A program made the position numbers and the translations under genes. From Nitrospirota bacterium (GTDB taxonomy: Bacteria; JACPQY01), in NCBI GenBank assembly GCA_016180645.1, contig JACPAV010000018.1:62001-121034 (forward strand): a stretch of DNA of 59,034 bases, in the 5' to 3' direction. Of the stretch, positions 1-8,400 are shown one piece after another (positions within the stretch are counted from its first letter, which is position 1; each line of letters begins with the position of its first letter). The notes beneath the pieces were generated by a model. It made no database searches and was not told the DNA's origin. It saw only the letters and a list, made by a program, of their open reading frames with translations.

Positions 1-873
1 GCCTCGTTCCCGAATCTGGCCAACACAGAGGATGCCCTCTCACGACTGGAGTTTCTCGTCGTTCAGGATGGCTTCTACCCCACTCCCACGGCGGAGCGCG
101 CTCACCTCTTCCTGCCCGCCGCGATCTGGGGTGAAAAGGAAGGCACGTTCACCAACTCGGAGCGCCGCGTGGGGCGTGTGCGTGCGGCCGTTCCCCCCGT
201 GGCCGGATGCCGCACCGATTTCGACATTATTCTCGATCTGGCGCGGCGCGCGGGTTGGGCCGATCGGCTCTTTCCCGGCTGGACCACCCCGGAGGATGCC
301 TTCAATGAATGGGCACGGGTCAGCCGGGGCAGGCTGTGCGACTATTCGGGCATGAATTACGGTCGGCTCGACCGGGAGGGAAGCATCCAATGGCCCTGCC
401 CGGACCACGACCGCCCCGGAGATGAGCGATTGTATTCCAGCGGCGAGTTTCCGACCGCCACGGGCCGGGCGAAACTGTGGTGTGTCGACTGGGCCGAACT
501 CCCGGAGGAACCGCGCCCCGAGTTCCCCTTCATCCTCAATACCGGACGAACCGTGGAACACTGGCACACACGCACCAAGACGCGCGAGGTCGAAATCCTC
601 GAAACGCTCTCACCGGAAGCGTGGGTGGAAGTGAACCCCAGGGATGCCGCGCGACTCCGGATCCGGGACCGCCAGCGGATCACCCTCCGATCCCAGCGGG
701 GAAGCGTGTCCGGAATCCCGGCTCGAATCACTGAAACGGTCGCGCCGGGTCAGGTCTTCGTCCCCTTTCACTTTTTCGAAACGAACGCCAATGCGCTCAC
801 CCTCAACACATTCGATCCCCTTTCCCGTGAACCCAACTACAAACAGTGCGCCGTTCGGATTGAACCCGTCTGA
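1..873 (+). CDS. Molybdopterin oxidoreductase catalytic subunit, C-terminal part (assimilatory nitrate reductase NasA/NarB-like); 5' end outside the window
   Basis: Frame 1 is open from base 1: LEFLVVQDGF...LPAAIWGEKEGTFTNSERRV, then the molybdopterin-dinucleotide-binding domain (LNTGRTVEHWHTRTKT...VFVPFHF...DPLSREPNYKQCAV). Confidence 0.85.
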   Translation, partial: ASFPNLANTEDALSRLEFLVVQDGFYPTPTAERAHLFLPAAIWGEKEGTFTNSERRVGRVRAAVPPVAGCRTDFDIILDLARRAGWADRLFPGWTTPEDAFNEWARVSRGRLCDYSGMNYGRLDREGSIQWPCPDHDRPGDERLYSSGEFPTATGRAKLWCVDWAELPEEPRPEFPFILNTGRTVEHWHTRTKTREVEILETLSPEAWVEVNPRDAARLRIRDRQRITLRSQRGSVSGIPARITETVAPGQVFVPFHFFETNANALTLNTFDPLSREPNYKQCAVRIEPV

Positions 874-1018
874 CCTGCGGGCGGCATCGAGCGTGGGCGA
901 TGCCGGGAACGAGGTTGCCACGGGATCGACGCCCCAGGCGCCGATCTCCCTCGCAACGACATCACAGGAAGTCATTGCGAGCAGGTTGCTGCACGGGCAA
1001 CTGCGAAGCAATCCCCGG

Positions 1019-2005
1019 ATGGATTTGGTGGACCGATTCGGCCGTGTACCGCGCGACTTGCGAATTTCCGTCACCGAGCGTTGCAATTTCCGCTGCACCT
1101 ATTGCCTCCCGGAAGAGGAGCATCTTCACGGTGGCCGCCCCCCCCTTCTGAGTTTTGAAGAAATCGACCGGCTTGCGCGACTTTTCGCGGAACGCGGAAT
1201 CCGGAAGTTCCGGCTGACGGGAGGCGAACCGCTGCTCCGAAAGAACCTTCCGGATCTCGTCGCGAAACTTTCGAGTATGGCCGGCATTGAAGACTTGGCG
1301 CTCACAACGAATGGATTTTTTCTGGCCGAGGTGGCCAGAGACCTGGCCGGAGCCGGTCTCAAGCGAGTCAGTGTCAGCCTCGATTCACTTCAGCCCGACG
1401 TATTCGCCCGGCTCACCGGGCGCCGGGCCCTGAATCGGGTGCTTCAAGGCCTCGATGCGGCGCGCGCCGCGGGCTTTTCTCCCATCAAGCTCAACACCGT
1501 GCTCATTCGCGGAGAAAACGACGGAGAAATCCTCAACCTCGTGGATTTCGCGCGCGAGACCGGCTGTCCGATCCGATTCATCGAATTCATGCCGCTTGAC
1601 TCCGGCCGGGAGTGGACGCGCGATCGGGTCGTCCCCACGGACTTCATTCTCGAAGCCATCTCCGCACGATTCCCTCTCGTGCCGGTGATCCCTCGAACCG
1701 CCTCGGAAACCGCCCGGTGTTTCGCGTTCGAGGACGGCAAGGGTGAAGTCGGGTTCATCGCCTCGGTGACCCGGCCCTTCTGCGCCCATTGCAACCGGCT
1801 TCGGCTGACGGCGGACGGCCGGCTCCGAACGTGCCTCTTCGCGCACACGGAAATCGACCTGTGCACGCCGCTTCGACGATCTGCGCCCGATGAGGAAATC
1901 CATGCCCTCATCGTGAACGGCGTCTACGGGAAGGAGTGGGGACACCGGATTGCCGAACCCGACTTTTTGCCTCCGCAGCGTGGGATGGTCAGAATCGGCG
2001 GATAG
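1019..2005 (+). CDS. moaA: GTP 3',8-cyclase MoaA
   Basis: DRFGR..LRISVTERCNFRCTYC radical SAM motif, LTGGEPLLR, RFIEFMP, FCAHCNRLRLTADG..RTCLF, C-terminal IGG. Start placed at ATG 1019 within ORF 644..2005. Confidence 0.95.
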   Translation: MDLVDRFGRVPRDLRISVTERCNFRCTYCLPEEEHLHGGRPPLLSFEEIDRLARLFAERGIRKFRLTGGEPLLRKNLPDLVAKLSSMAGIEDLALTTNGFFLAEVARDLAGAGLKRVSVSLDSLQPDVFARLTGRRALNRVLQGLDAARAAGFSPIKLNTVLIRGENDGEILNLVDFARETGCPIRFIEFMPLDSGREWTRDRVVPTDFILEAISARFPLVPVIPRTASETARCFAFEDGKGEVGFIASVTRPFCAHCNRLRLTADGRLRTCLFAHTEIDLCTPLRRSAPDEEIHALIVNGVYGKEWGHRIAEPDFLPPQRGMVRIGG

Positions 2006-2050
2006 CACTTCCGAAACTCCGATCAACCATCCATCTTCGGTTCCGATCGT

Positions 2051-2066
2051 TTCCACAATTGAGAAG
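2051..2066. promoter_or_regulatory. Putative upstream activator (EBP) site
   Basis: Imperfect palindrome TTCCACAATTGAGAAG about 90 bp upstream of the sigma-54 motif; resembles the perfect palindrome at 27422-27437. Confidence 0.4.
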
Positions 2067-2154
2067 TCCCCTGGCAGAGACTTCCCATTTGGTGTATCAG
2101 ACTGTGGAAAACCGAGTAACCATTGGAATGCACTGGTAGTTCAGATCGCTCGGT

Positions 2155-2170
2155 TGGCCATCGCTTTGCA
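2155..2170 (+). promoter_or_regulatory. Sigma-54 (-24/-12) promoter for the mobA-moeA operon
   Basis: TGGCCA-TCGCT-TTGCA has GG-N10-GC spacing and is near the TGGCAC-N5-TTGCW consensus; followed by GGAG and ATG 2195. Confidence 0.7.
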
Positions 2171-2194
2171 CTGACCGAGCTGGAGTAATTGCCG

Positions 2195-2854
2195 ATGTCT
2201 TCGATAGCATTTGCCATCCTCGCGGGCGGCCAATCGAGCCGATTCCGATCGGACAAGCGAATCGCCAGGTTCAGAGGCAGGCCCCTGCTCGGAATCATGA
2301 TGGACAAGGCGAAATCCCTCGGCTGGCCCCTTATTCTTTCGGTGCGAGATCAAAGCCAGATGGCGACGCTGGAATCCATGGACGGGATTTCTTGGCCGGG
2401 GGTGAGAACGGTGCTGGATCGGCCGGAAGTGGAAGGGCCCATCGCCGGCCTGATGGCTTCCCTCGCCACCGTCGGACATGATTACGTTTTCGTCACGTCC
2501 TCCGACTTGCCTTTGCTGGAAACCGGAACAATCCAAAGGCTGTTCAGAATGGCCTCCGATCCTTTGGCCGCCCTGTGTGTGCCGCGGACCCCCAGGGGCA
2601 TCGAGCCGCTCGCCTCCGTCTACTCCTGTGAGTGCGCGAGCGAACTTGAATTGTTCGTCCGGAACGGCGGCCGTTCTCCGGAAAAGTTCATCCACTCACT
2701 CCCCCCGCACAGGGTCCGATTCTGCGATTTCACGTTGGAGGACTCCCGGCAGTTCGCCAATATCAACACACCGGCTGATTTGGAAGCACTGACGATCTCC
2801 CCGCCCACCACCCCTTCAAGCACCGTTCACGCGAGAACCGCCCATGCAGGTTAG
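2195..2854 (+). CDS. mobA: Molybdenum cofactor guanylyltransferase MobA
   Basis: ILAGGQSSRF..DK, GPIAGL, SDLPL, EPL..VY, FANINTPADL. Confidence 0.9.
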   Translation: MSSIAFAILAGGQSSRFRSDKRIARFRGRPLLGIMMDKAKSLGWPLILSVRDQSQMATLESMDGISWPGVRTVLDRPEVEGPIAGLMASLATVGHDYVFVTSSDLPLLETGTIQRLFRMASDPLAALCVPRTPRGIEPLASVYSCECASELELFVRNGGRSPEKFIHSLPPHRVRFCDFTLEDSRQFANINTPADLEALTISPPTTPSSTVHARTAHAG

Positions 2855-3134
2855 CGTCCGTTTCTACGCAAAGGCCCAGGAGCTGGCCGGACTCTCGGCG
2901 GCACTCATGGAGGTTTCACCCCCCGTCACGGTCGCCGACTTCCGCCGATTGCTTTCGGAGCGGTTTCCTCGGTTGTCCGGAATGGAACGAAGCCTGGCGC
3001 TGGCCGTGGTGGAGCGGTTGCCCGGGGAGACGGCGGACCCGCTCGACGCCCGACCGGCCATGGTGGTCACGGATGCCTACCAATTCAACGGCAGCGAGGA
3101 AGTGCTCGTCCTCCCGCCGGTGAGCGGAGGCTGA
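2844..3134 (+). CDS. moaD: Molybdopterin synthase sulfur carrier MoaD
   Basis: Ubiquitin-like, ends LPPVSGG, lies between mobA and moaE. Confidence 0.9.
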   Translation: MQVSVRFYAKAQELAGLSAALMEVSPPVTVADFRRLLSERFPRLSGMERSLALAVVERLPGETADPLDARPAMVVTDAYQFNGSEEVLVLPPVSGG

Positions 3135-3139
3135 TCGCC

Positions 3140-3601
3140 ATGGAGGACCGGCCTCGGCACCTGACCCGCCGCGAACTCCGGCAGGAGGAACTCCTTCCGC
3201 GGAGTGGGGATCCTGAGTGCGGAGCCACGGTGATTTTTTCCGGAACCGTCCGCCGTGCGAATCAGGGCCGGACCGTTTCCAGCATCGACTATGAGGCGGA
3301 AGAGCGATTGGCGGATGCCGCCCTATCGCAGATCTTCGAGGAAATGGAGAGGACCGCGGGCGGCCCAGGCGTCCTCATCCATCGGTTGGGACGCGTCCCC
3401 GTGGGGGAAGCGTCAATTTTCATTTCGGCTTCGTCCGCGCATCGCGACCAGGCCTTCCGCGCCGTGCGCGATGCCATCGAGGCGGTGAAGGTCCGCGTTC
3501 CCATCTGGAAAAAGGAACACTACGAGGACGGTTCCTCCGAGTGGCTCGACGGCAAGCCGCTCCAATCTGCGCCCCAATCTGAGAAGGAGATCCAAACGTG
3601 A
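3140..3601 (+). CDS. moaE: Molybdopterin synthase catalytic subunit MoaE
   Basis: GATVIFSGTVR, HRLGRVPVGEAS, SAHRDQAF, VPIWKKE. Confidence 0.93.
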   Translation: MEDRPRHLTRRELRQEELLPRSGDPECGATVIFSGTVRRANQGRTVSSIDYEAEERLADAALSQIFEEMERTAGGPGVLIHRLGRVPVGEASIFISASSAHRDQAFRAVRDAIEAVKVRVPIWKKEHYEDGSSEWLDGKPLQSAPQSEKEIQT

Positions 3602-4644
3602 AAGACGTCAGCGAGAAATTTGAGACGTTGCGCACCGCGAAGGCCCAGGCCCAGATCCGCGTGGGGGCCGGGACGCCCGCACTCATGGCCGCGGGGAAAT
3701 TGCCCAAGGGGGACCCGCTCCCTGTCGCTCGGGTCGCGGCAGTGATGGCCGCGAAGCGCACCTCGGAAATCATCCCCTACTGTCACCCGATCCCCATCGA
3801 TCACGTCGACGTGCAAATGACGAGCCTCGATCATTGGCTGATCGTCACCGCCGAGGTGAAGGCCATTGCGAAGACGGGCGTCGAGATGGAGGCGCTGACC
3901 GCGGCCGGCGTGGCCGCTCTCACGGTGTACGACATGCTGAAACCGGTCGACAACGAACTCGTTATCGAGTCCATTCGACTCGTCGAGAAAACCGGAGGAA
4001 AGTCCGATTTCGCGGAGGCGGTGGCGTCGCCCCTCAGGGTGGCGGTCCTGGTCCTCTCCGATTCCGTCCACTCCGGCGCCAAAGAGGACAAGGCCGGAAA
4101 AGCCATCGTGGAAGCCCTCCAATCGCAACCGGTCAAAGTCGAGAAATACGAGATCCTGCCGGATGAGACGGCCCAAATCCGCGAGGCCCTGGTGCGCTAC
4201 TCGGATGAATACAAGATGGACATGGTCATCACAACAGGCGGAACGGGCCTCAGCCCGCGGGACGTGACGGTCGATGCCGCGCGGGCGGTGATCCGGCGCG
4301 AGATCCCCGGCGTCATGGAGGCGGCGCGGAGCTACGGTCAGCGACGCACTCCGTACGCCATGCTTTCGCGCGGTATTGCAGGCTTCCGGAACGGGACGCT
4401 CATCGTCACCCTCCCCGGCAGCTCGCGTGGGGCCAAAGAATCCATGCAGGCGCTCTTTCCTGCGCTCCTCCACGTGTTCCGCATTGCGCGCCACAATCCG
4501 CAGCACGACGCCGGGACCCCACCTGCAATCCACTCGTCGTCCCGGTGCCGATCCTCATACCCTTCCGATCACCGTCCCCGGAGGGGGCCGAAGCGAACCG
4601 AAGGGGGCGACGCCGGAAGAAAAAAGAAGAAACCCTTGGAATGA
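3598..4644 (+). CDS. moaCB: Bifunctional MoaC-MoaB/MogA fusion
   Basis: N-half KGDPL...IIPYCHPI...TGVEMEAL...YDMLK (MoaC); C-half VLSDS...TTGGTGLSPRDVT...LSRG...LPGS (MogA/MoaB). GTGA overlap with moaE and ATGA overlap with the next gene. Confidence 0.9.
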   Translation: MKDVSEKFETLRTAKAQAQIRVGAGTPALMAAGKLPKGDPLPVARVAAVMAAKRTSEIIPYCHPIPIDHVDVQMTSLDHWLIVTAEVKAIAKTGVEMEALTAAGVAALTVYDMLKPVDNELVIESIRLVEKTGGKSDFAEAVASPLRVAVLVLSDSVHSGAKEDKAGKAIVEALQSQPVKVEKYEILPDETAQIREALVRYSDEYKMDMVITTGGTGLSPRDVTVDAARAVIRREIPGVMEAARSYGQRRTPYAMLSRGIAGFRNGTLIVTLPGSSRGAKESMQALFPALLHVFRIARHNPQHDAGTPPAIHSSSRCRSSYPSDHRPRRGPKRTEGGDAGRKKKKPLE

Positions 4645-5405
4645 CAGACTTCCCCCTCTGGCTCATCCCCGGATTTTTCGCCGCGGGGGCGCTCTACGGC
4701 TCGGTAGGACACGGGGGCGCCACGGCCTACCTCGCCCTGATGTCTCTCGCGGGAATCCTGACGCCCGGACTGATCCCGTTCGTGCTTGTCGTGAATGTCG
4801 CGGTCGCCATCGGATCTTTCATCCGATATGCAAAGCAGGGACTTCTCCCATGGAAGATCCTCGCCGCGTTCGCGGCAACGTCCGTACCGGCGGCCTTCCT
4901 GGGTGGCGCCGTTCCGCTGCGTGGTACGACCACCTCCATCCTTCTCTCACTGAGTCTGCTCGCCGCAGGGCTAAGATTCCTGCTGCTGGCGAGTCCCCAT
5001 TCGGCCACACCCGCATCCCTCAGGCCCAGGCCCTCGCTTGCGGTCACTCTCCCCGCAGGGGCCTTTCTTGGATTTCTATCCGGTGCGGTGGGCATCGGAG
5101 GCGGCGTGTTCCTCAGTCCCCTTCTCATCCTGGCTCGATGGGCCGACCCGAAAGCGACCGCGGCCATCTCCAGCGGTTTCATCGTTCTCAATTCACTCTC
5201 CGGGCTGGTGGCGCGTCACGCGGACTTCGCCGCCGCATCCTCCTGGCCCTGGCCGCTCCTGGTGGCCGGGTTCCTCGGCGGATCGTTCGGAGGCTGGGCC
5301 GGGGCGCAGAAACTTTCACGTGCCGCCTTGGTGAGGGTATTGGGAGCCGTTCTCGTCGTGGCTGCCCTGAAGCACGGGTTGGACACCCTCGCCCGAGTCT
5401 CCTGA
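4641..5405 (+). CDS. TauE/SafE (TSUP) family sulfur-compound transporter
   Basis: YGSVGHGGATAYLA and SGAVGIGGGVFLSP motifs, highly hydrophobic. Confidence 0.85.
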   Translation: MTDFPLWLIPGFFAAGALYGSVGHGGATAYLALMSLAGILTPGLIPFVLVVNVAVAIGSFIRYAKQGLLPWKILAAFAATSVPAAFLGGAVPLRGTTTSILLSLSLLAAGLRFLLLASPHSATPASLRPRPSLAVTLPAGAFLGFLSGAVGIGGGVFLSPLLILARWADPKATAAISSGFIVLNSLSGLVARHADFAAASSWPWPLLVAGFLGGSFGGWAGAQKLSRAALVRVLGAVLVVAALKHGLDTLARVS

Positions 5406-5414
5406 AGCACCCCC

Positions 5415-6737
5415 ATGGGAAAACAGGGTTTTCTGATCTCCGTGGATGAAGCCCGAAGAAAAGTTCTTGACCGCGCCCTCCCCCTGCCCCCTACGGCCAT
5501 GGCGCTTGAAGACGCGCTCGGACATGTTCTTGCGGAAGAGATCTCGGCTACCACGGACATGCCGCCGTTCGACGCGTCGGCGATGGATGGTTTCGCCCTC
5601 CGCTCGGAGGACACCAAGCGGGCCGGAGCCGAAACGCCGGTTTCGCTCAGCGTGCAGGGTGTTATCCGGGCGGGAGACGCCTCGGCGCTGGCGTTGGCAC
5701 GCTCGGCCGCCATCCGAATCATGACGGGGGCCGTGGTCCCCCCCCTTGCGGACGCCGTGGTTGAAAAGGAAGCGGTGGAGGAACATGACGGACGCATTCT
5801 CCTGCGCGCACCGGTCCCTCCGGCAAACCACATTCGTCGGCGCGGATCCGATGTCCCGTGCGGGAGGAGACTTCTGGCGCCGGGCCACGTGCTGGACGCG
5901 CCCTCGTTGTTCCTCGCCGCGGCGTCGGGGAGAAGCCGCTTGACCGTAGGTCGTCGGCCTCGCGTGAGCATGATCGTGACCGGTGACGAGCTGGTGCCGT
6001 TCTCCGAGACACCGGGAGCGGCCCAGATCCGCGACGTCAATTCACCGCTCATCGGCGCCTTCCTCCGGGAGATGGGAATCGATCCGGAGCCGGGCTCGGT
6101 GGTGAGAGATTCGGCCGATGATCTGGCGGTGGTCCTGGGTCGCTCCATCCGGCAGAGCGAGGTCGTCATCCTCTCCGGAGGAGTATCGGCGGGTGACTAC
6201 GATGTCGTTCGCGAAGTCCTGAAGCGCGTCGGCGCGCAGGAGCTTTTCGCCGGCGTGTCTCAAAAGCCGGGAAAACCGATGACCTTTGCCGTAGCCGATT
6301 CCAAATTGATTTTCGGCCTTCCCGGAAACCCGATCGCGGTCCTGGTCTGCCTCTACGAATACGTGCGGCCCGCGGTTCAACGCATGATGGGATTTCCAGA
6401 GGGAAACTGGTTCCTGCAAGAGTCACCCGCGAGAATCACCGAGAGCATCACGAAAAAGGCCGGACGAACGCACTTCCTTCGAGCGTGTGTCGAACAATCA
6501 GAGAACGGTCTTGTCGCCGAGATTCTTGAAGGACAGGAATCCTACCAAGTCTCCAATCTGGCCCGGGCCAACGCATGGGTCGTGTTGGATGCGGATCTTC
6601 GCGCGGTCACGAAGGGTTCGCTCGTTCGGGCACACCTTCTGCCTGGGGCGCGGCTCCGGTCCATCGCCGTGGAGGCGGGAAAACTCCGGGGACGGGACAT
6701 GGGCCGGCTTCATCCCGCGGGAGGGGAGATCGCATGA
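5415..6737 (+). CDS. moeA: Molybdopterin molybdotransferase MoeA
   Basis: PPFDASAMDGFA, IMTGA, TGDEL, SGGVSAGDYD, KPGKP, GLPGNP. Confidence 0.95.
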   Translation: MGKQGFLISVDEARRKVLDRALPLPPTAMALEDALGHVLAEEISATTDMPPFDASAMDGFALRSEDTKRAGAETPVSLSVQGVIRAGDASALALARSAAIRIMTGAVVPPLADAVVEKEAVEEHDGRILLRAPVPPANHIRRRGSDVPCGRRLLAPGHVLDAPSLFLAAASGRSRLTVGRRPRVSMIVTGDELVPFSETPGAAQIRDVNSPLIGAFLREMGIDPEPGSVVRDSADDLAVVLGRSIRQSEVVILSGGVSAGDYDVVREVLKRVGAQELFAGVSQKPGKPMTFAVADSKLIFGLPGNPIAVLVCLYEYVRPAVQRMMGFPEGNWFLQESPARITESITKKAGRTHFLRACVEQSENGLVAEILEGQESYQVSNLARANAWVVLDADLRAVTKGSLVRAHLLPGARLRSIAVEAGKLRGRDMGRLHPAGGEIA

Positions 6738-7579
6738 ATCCCGCCAGACGATCGCGCGGTAGATTGGAAGCGGTCGCGATCACCTCTCCAACTCCTCCTC
6801 CCGCCGGCGGACCCCTTCGGCACGCCGCGAATCCTACACCGCACGGTTCCTCCTTCGCCCGGTCGCCCGTCATGGCCGCCATCTGCCGGGAGGCGAGGCG
6901 AATTGCCGTGCACCCGGAGCCCGTGCTCATCTTGGGCGAAACGGGAGTGGGCAAAAGTACGCTGGCTCGATACATTCATTCAGAGTCCGGGCGAATGGCG
7001 GACCGCTTCCTCAGTTTCGATTGCGTCGGCTTGGAGGACGAGATCGTCAGGCGGGAACTCTTCGGGGAATGGAATGGCGATCGATGGGAAAAACAGGGAC
7101 TCGCCTCTCAGGCCGGAAAGGGCAGCCTTTTCCTTAGCAACGTGGATGAACTTCCTCACAAGACACAAGGGGAGATCCTGCGGCTCATCGAAAAGGGAGA
7201 ATTCTTTCCAATCCATTCGACCGAACCTCACCGGGCTGACCTAAGACTCATCAGCTCAGCGGGTCTCAGACTTACCGACAAAATCGAAGGAGATGGGTTT
7301 CGCGCCGATCTCTACTACTCGATGAGCACCTATACTTTGCGGATACCCCCATTGAGAGAGCGGCGCGAGGAAATTCCGATCCTCGCCGGCTCCTTCGCAC
7401 AGGAGGCCACCGGCAAGGACGTGCCGTTGGATGCAGAAGTCCTGGAATCGCTGATGCGATATCCCTGGCCTGGAAACATTCTCGAGCTCAGGAATACGAT
7501 TTTTCAGGCCTCCGAACGGGCCGGCCACAACGCCCTCCGGGTTACTCACCTCCCCTCCTGGATCCTCCAGTCCGGGTAG
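6734..7579 (+). CDS. Stand-alone, degenerate sigma-54-activator-type AAA+ domain
   Basis: VLILGETGVGKS, ELFG, FRADLYY, IPPLRERREEI, YPWPGNILEL. No GAFTGA, Walker B altered, no receiver domain, no C-terminal HTH. ATGA overlap with moeA. Confidence 0.85.
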   Translation: MNPARRSRGRLEAVAITSPTPPPAGGPLRHAANPTPHGSSFARSPVMAAICREARRIAVHPEPVLILGETGVGKSTLARYIHSESGRMADRFLSFDCVGLEDEIVRRELFGEWNGDRWEKQGLASQAGKGSLFLSNVDELPHKTQGEILRLIEKGEFFPIHSTEPHRADLRLISSAGLRLTDKIEGDGFRADLYYSMSTYTLRIPPLRERREEIPILAGSFAQEATGKDVPLDAEVLESLMRYPWPGNILELRNTIFQASERAGHNALRVTHLPSWILQSG

Positions 7580-7646
7580 AATACAGAATAAACGGCGACC
7601 GTATACTCTATTTGAGAGTGGTTCGCACTGTCCCCGTTTGTTCGCG

Positions 7647-8204
7647 CTACTTGAAGAGTTCCCCCACGCTGACGGAAAAGCCGGGGACGAGGACCGCCCG
7701 AAGGGTGTCTCTGCGGGTGAAGCGCTTCGGAGGGGAATAGCCTGACTTGCCGAGCCGGAAAACATCCACGGCGCGCTTGGCGGGATCGACGATCCAATAT
7801 TCCTTCACGCCGGCGCGAGCGTAGAGATCTTTCTTGAGCGATTGGTCCCTCTTGGCGGACCCCGGGGACAAGACCTCGACGATCAGGTCCGGCACTCCTC
7901 TGATGTTGGCCTTCGTGATGATCCGCGCGTTTTCCTTCGAAACATAGATGAGATCCGGTTGAACAACGTTTGTGTCCGACAAAACAACGTCCGTCGGAGC
8001 CACCAGAATCTCCCCTTGACCCGACCTCTCAAGATGGTTCCCCATCAAACGTGCAAGCTTGACAATAATTCTTTGATGTTGCGTTTCCGGCGCTGGACTC
8101 ATGTAGTGCTCCCCCTCAATGATTTCGTGACGATTCCCATCCTCTGGGAACAGAAGGTAGTGATCGTAGGTCAGCTTTATTCTTCGAGCAGGCAGAATGC
8201 CCAT
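7647..8204 (-). CDS. Uma2 family (DUF820) PD-(D/E)XK endonuclease-like protein
   Basis: HEIIEGE..MSPAP...H, VVQPDL, PDLIVEVLSP, KKDLYARAGVKEYWIVDP; start at ATG 8204. Confidence 0.9.
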   Translation of the reverse strand: MGILPARRIKLTYDHYLLFPEDGNRHEIIEGEHYMSPAPETQHQRIIVKLARLMGNHLERSGQGEILVAPTDVVLSDTNVVQPDLIYVSKENARIITKANIRGVPDLIVEVLSPGSAKRDQSLKKDLYARAGVKEYWIVDPAKRAVDVFRLGKSGYSPPKRFTRRDTLRAVLVPGFSVSVGELFK

Positions 8205-8400
8205 ATCCCTAGTACCGCGTTGAGGAATGCAGGAAACAGATCCGGGCTTGGTCGCGGTGCGGTAGCCCCGCTCTCCTGTCGCAGATCCGAATAAAGGCGG
8301 GGCGTATGTACCATGTTGCCGGGAGCCACCCTGCCCCCAATCTGTTCCAAACATTGCGCAACATGGTGCTATCCGGATGCTACACCGGGCGGTTGCTCTG

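Noticed and set aside
2006-2194. Moco riboswitch before mobA
   Set aside because: The sigma-54 motif implies a leader of only about 14 nt; the inverted repeats are better read as DNA binding sites.
4490-4644. Odd C-terminal tail of MoaCB as a frameshift
   Set aside because: The frame ends in an ATGA overlap with the next gene, so a disordered extension is sufficient; a sequence error cannot be excluded.
8255-8375. Inverted repeats upstream of the Uma2 gene (GCCCCGC/GCGGGGC; ACCATGTTGC/GCAACATGGT)
   Set aside because: Single copy and short; could be a terminator or element relic but cannot be supported.
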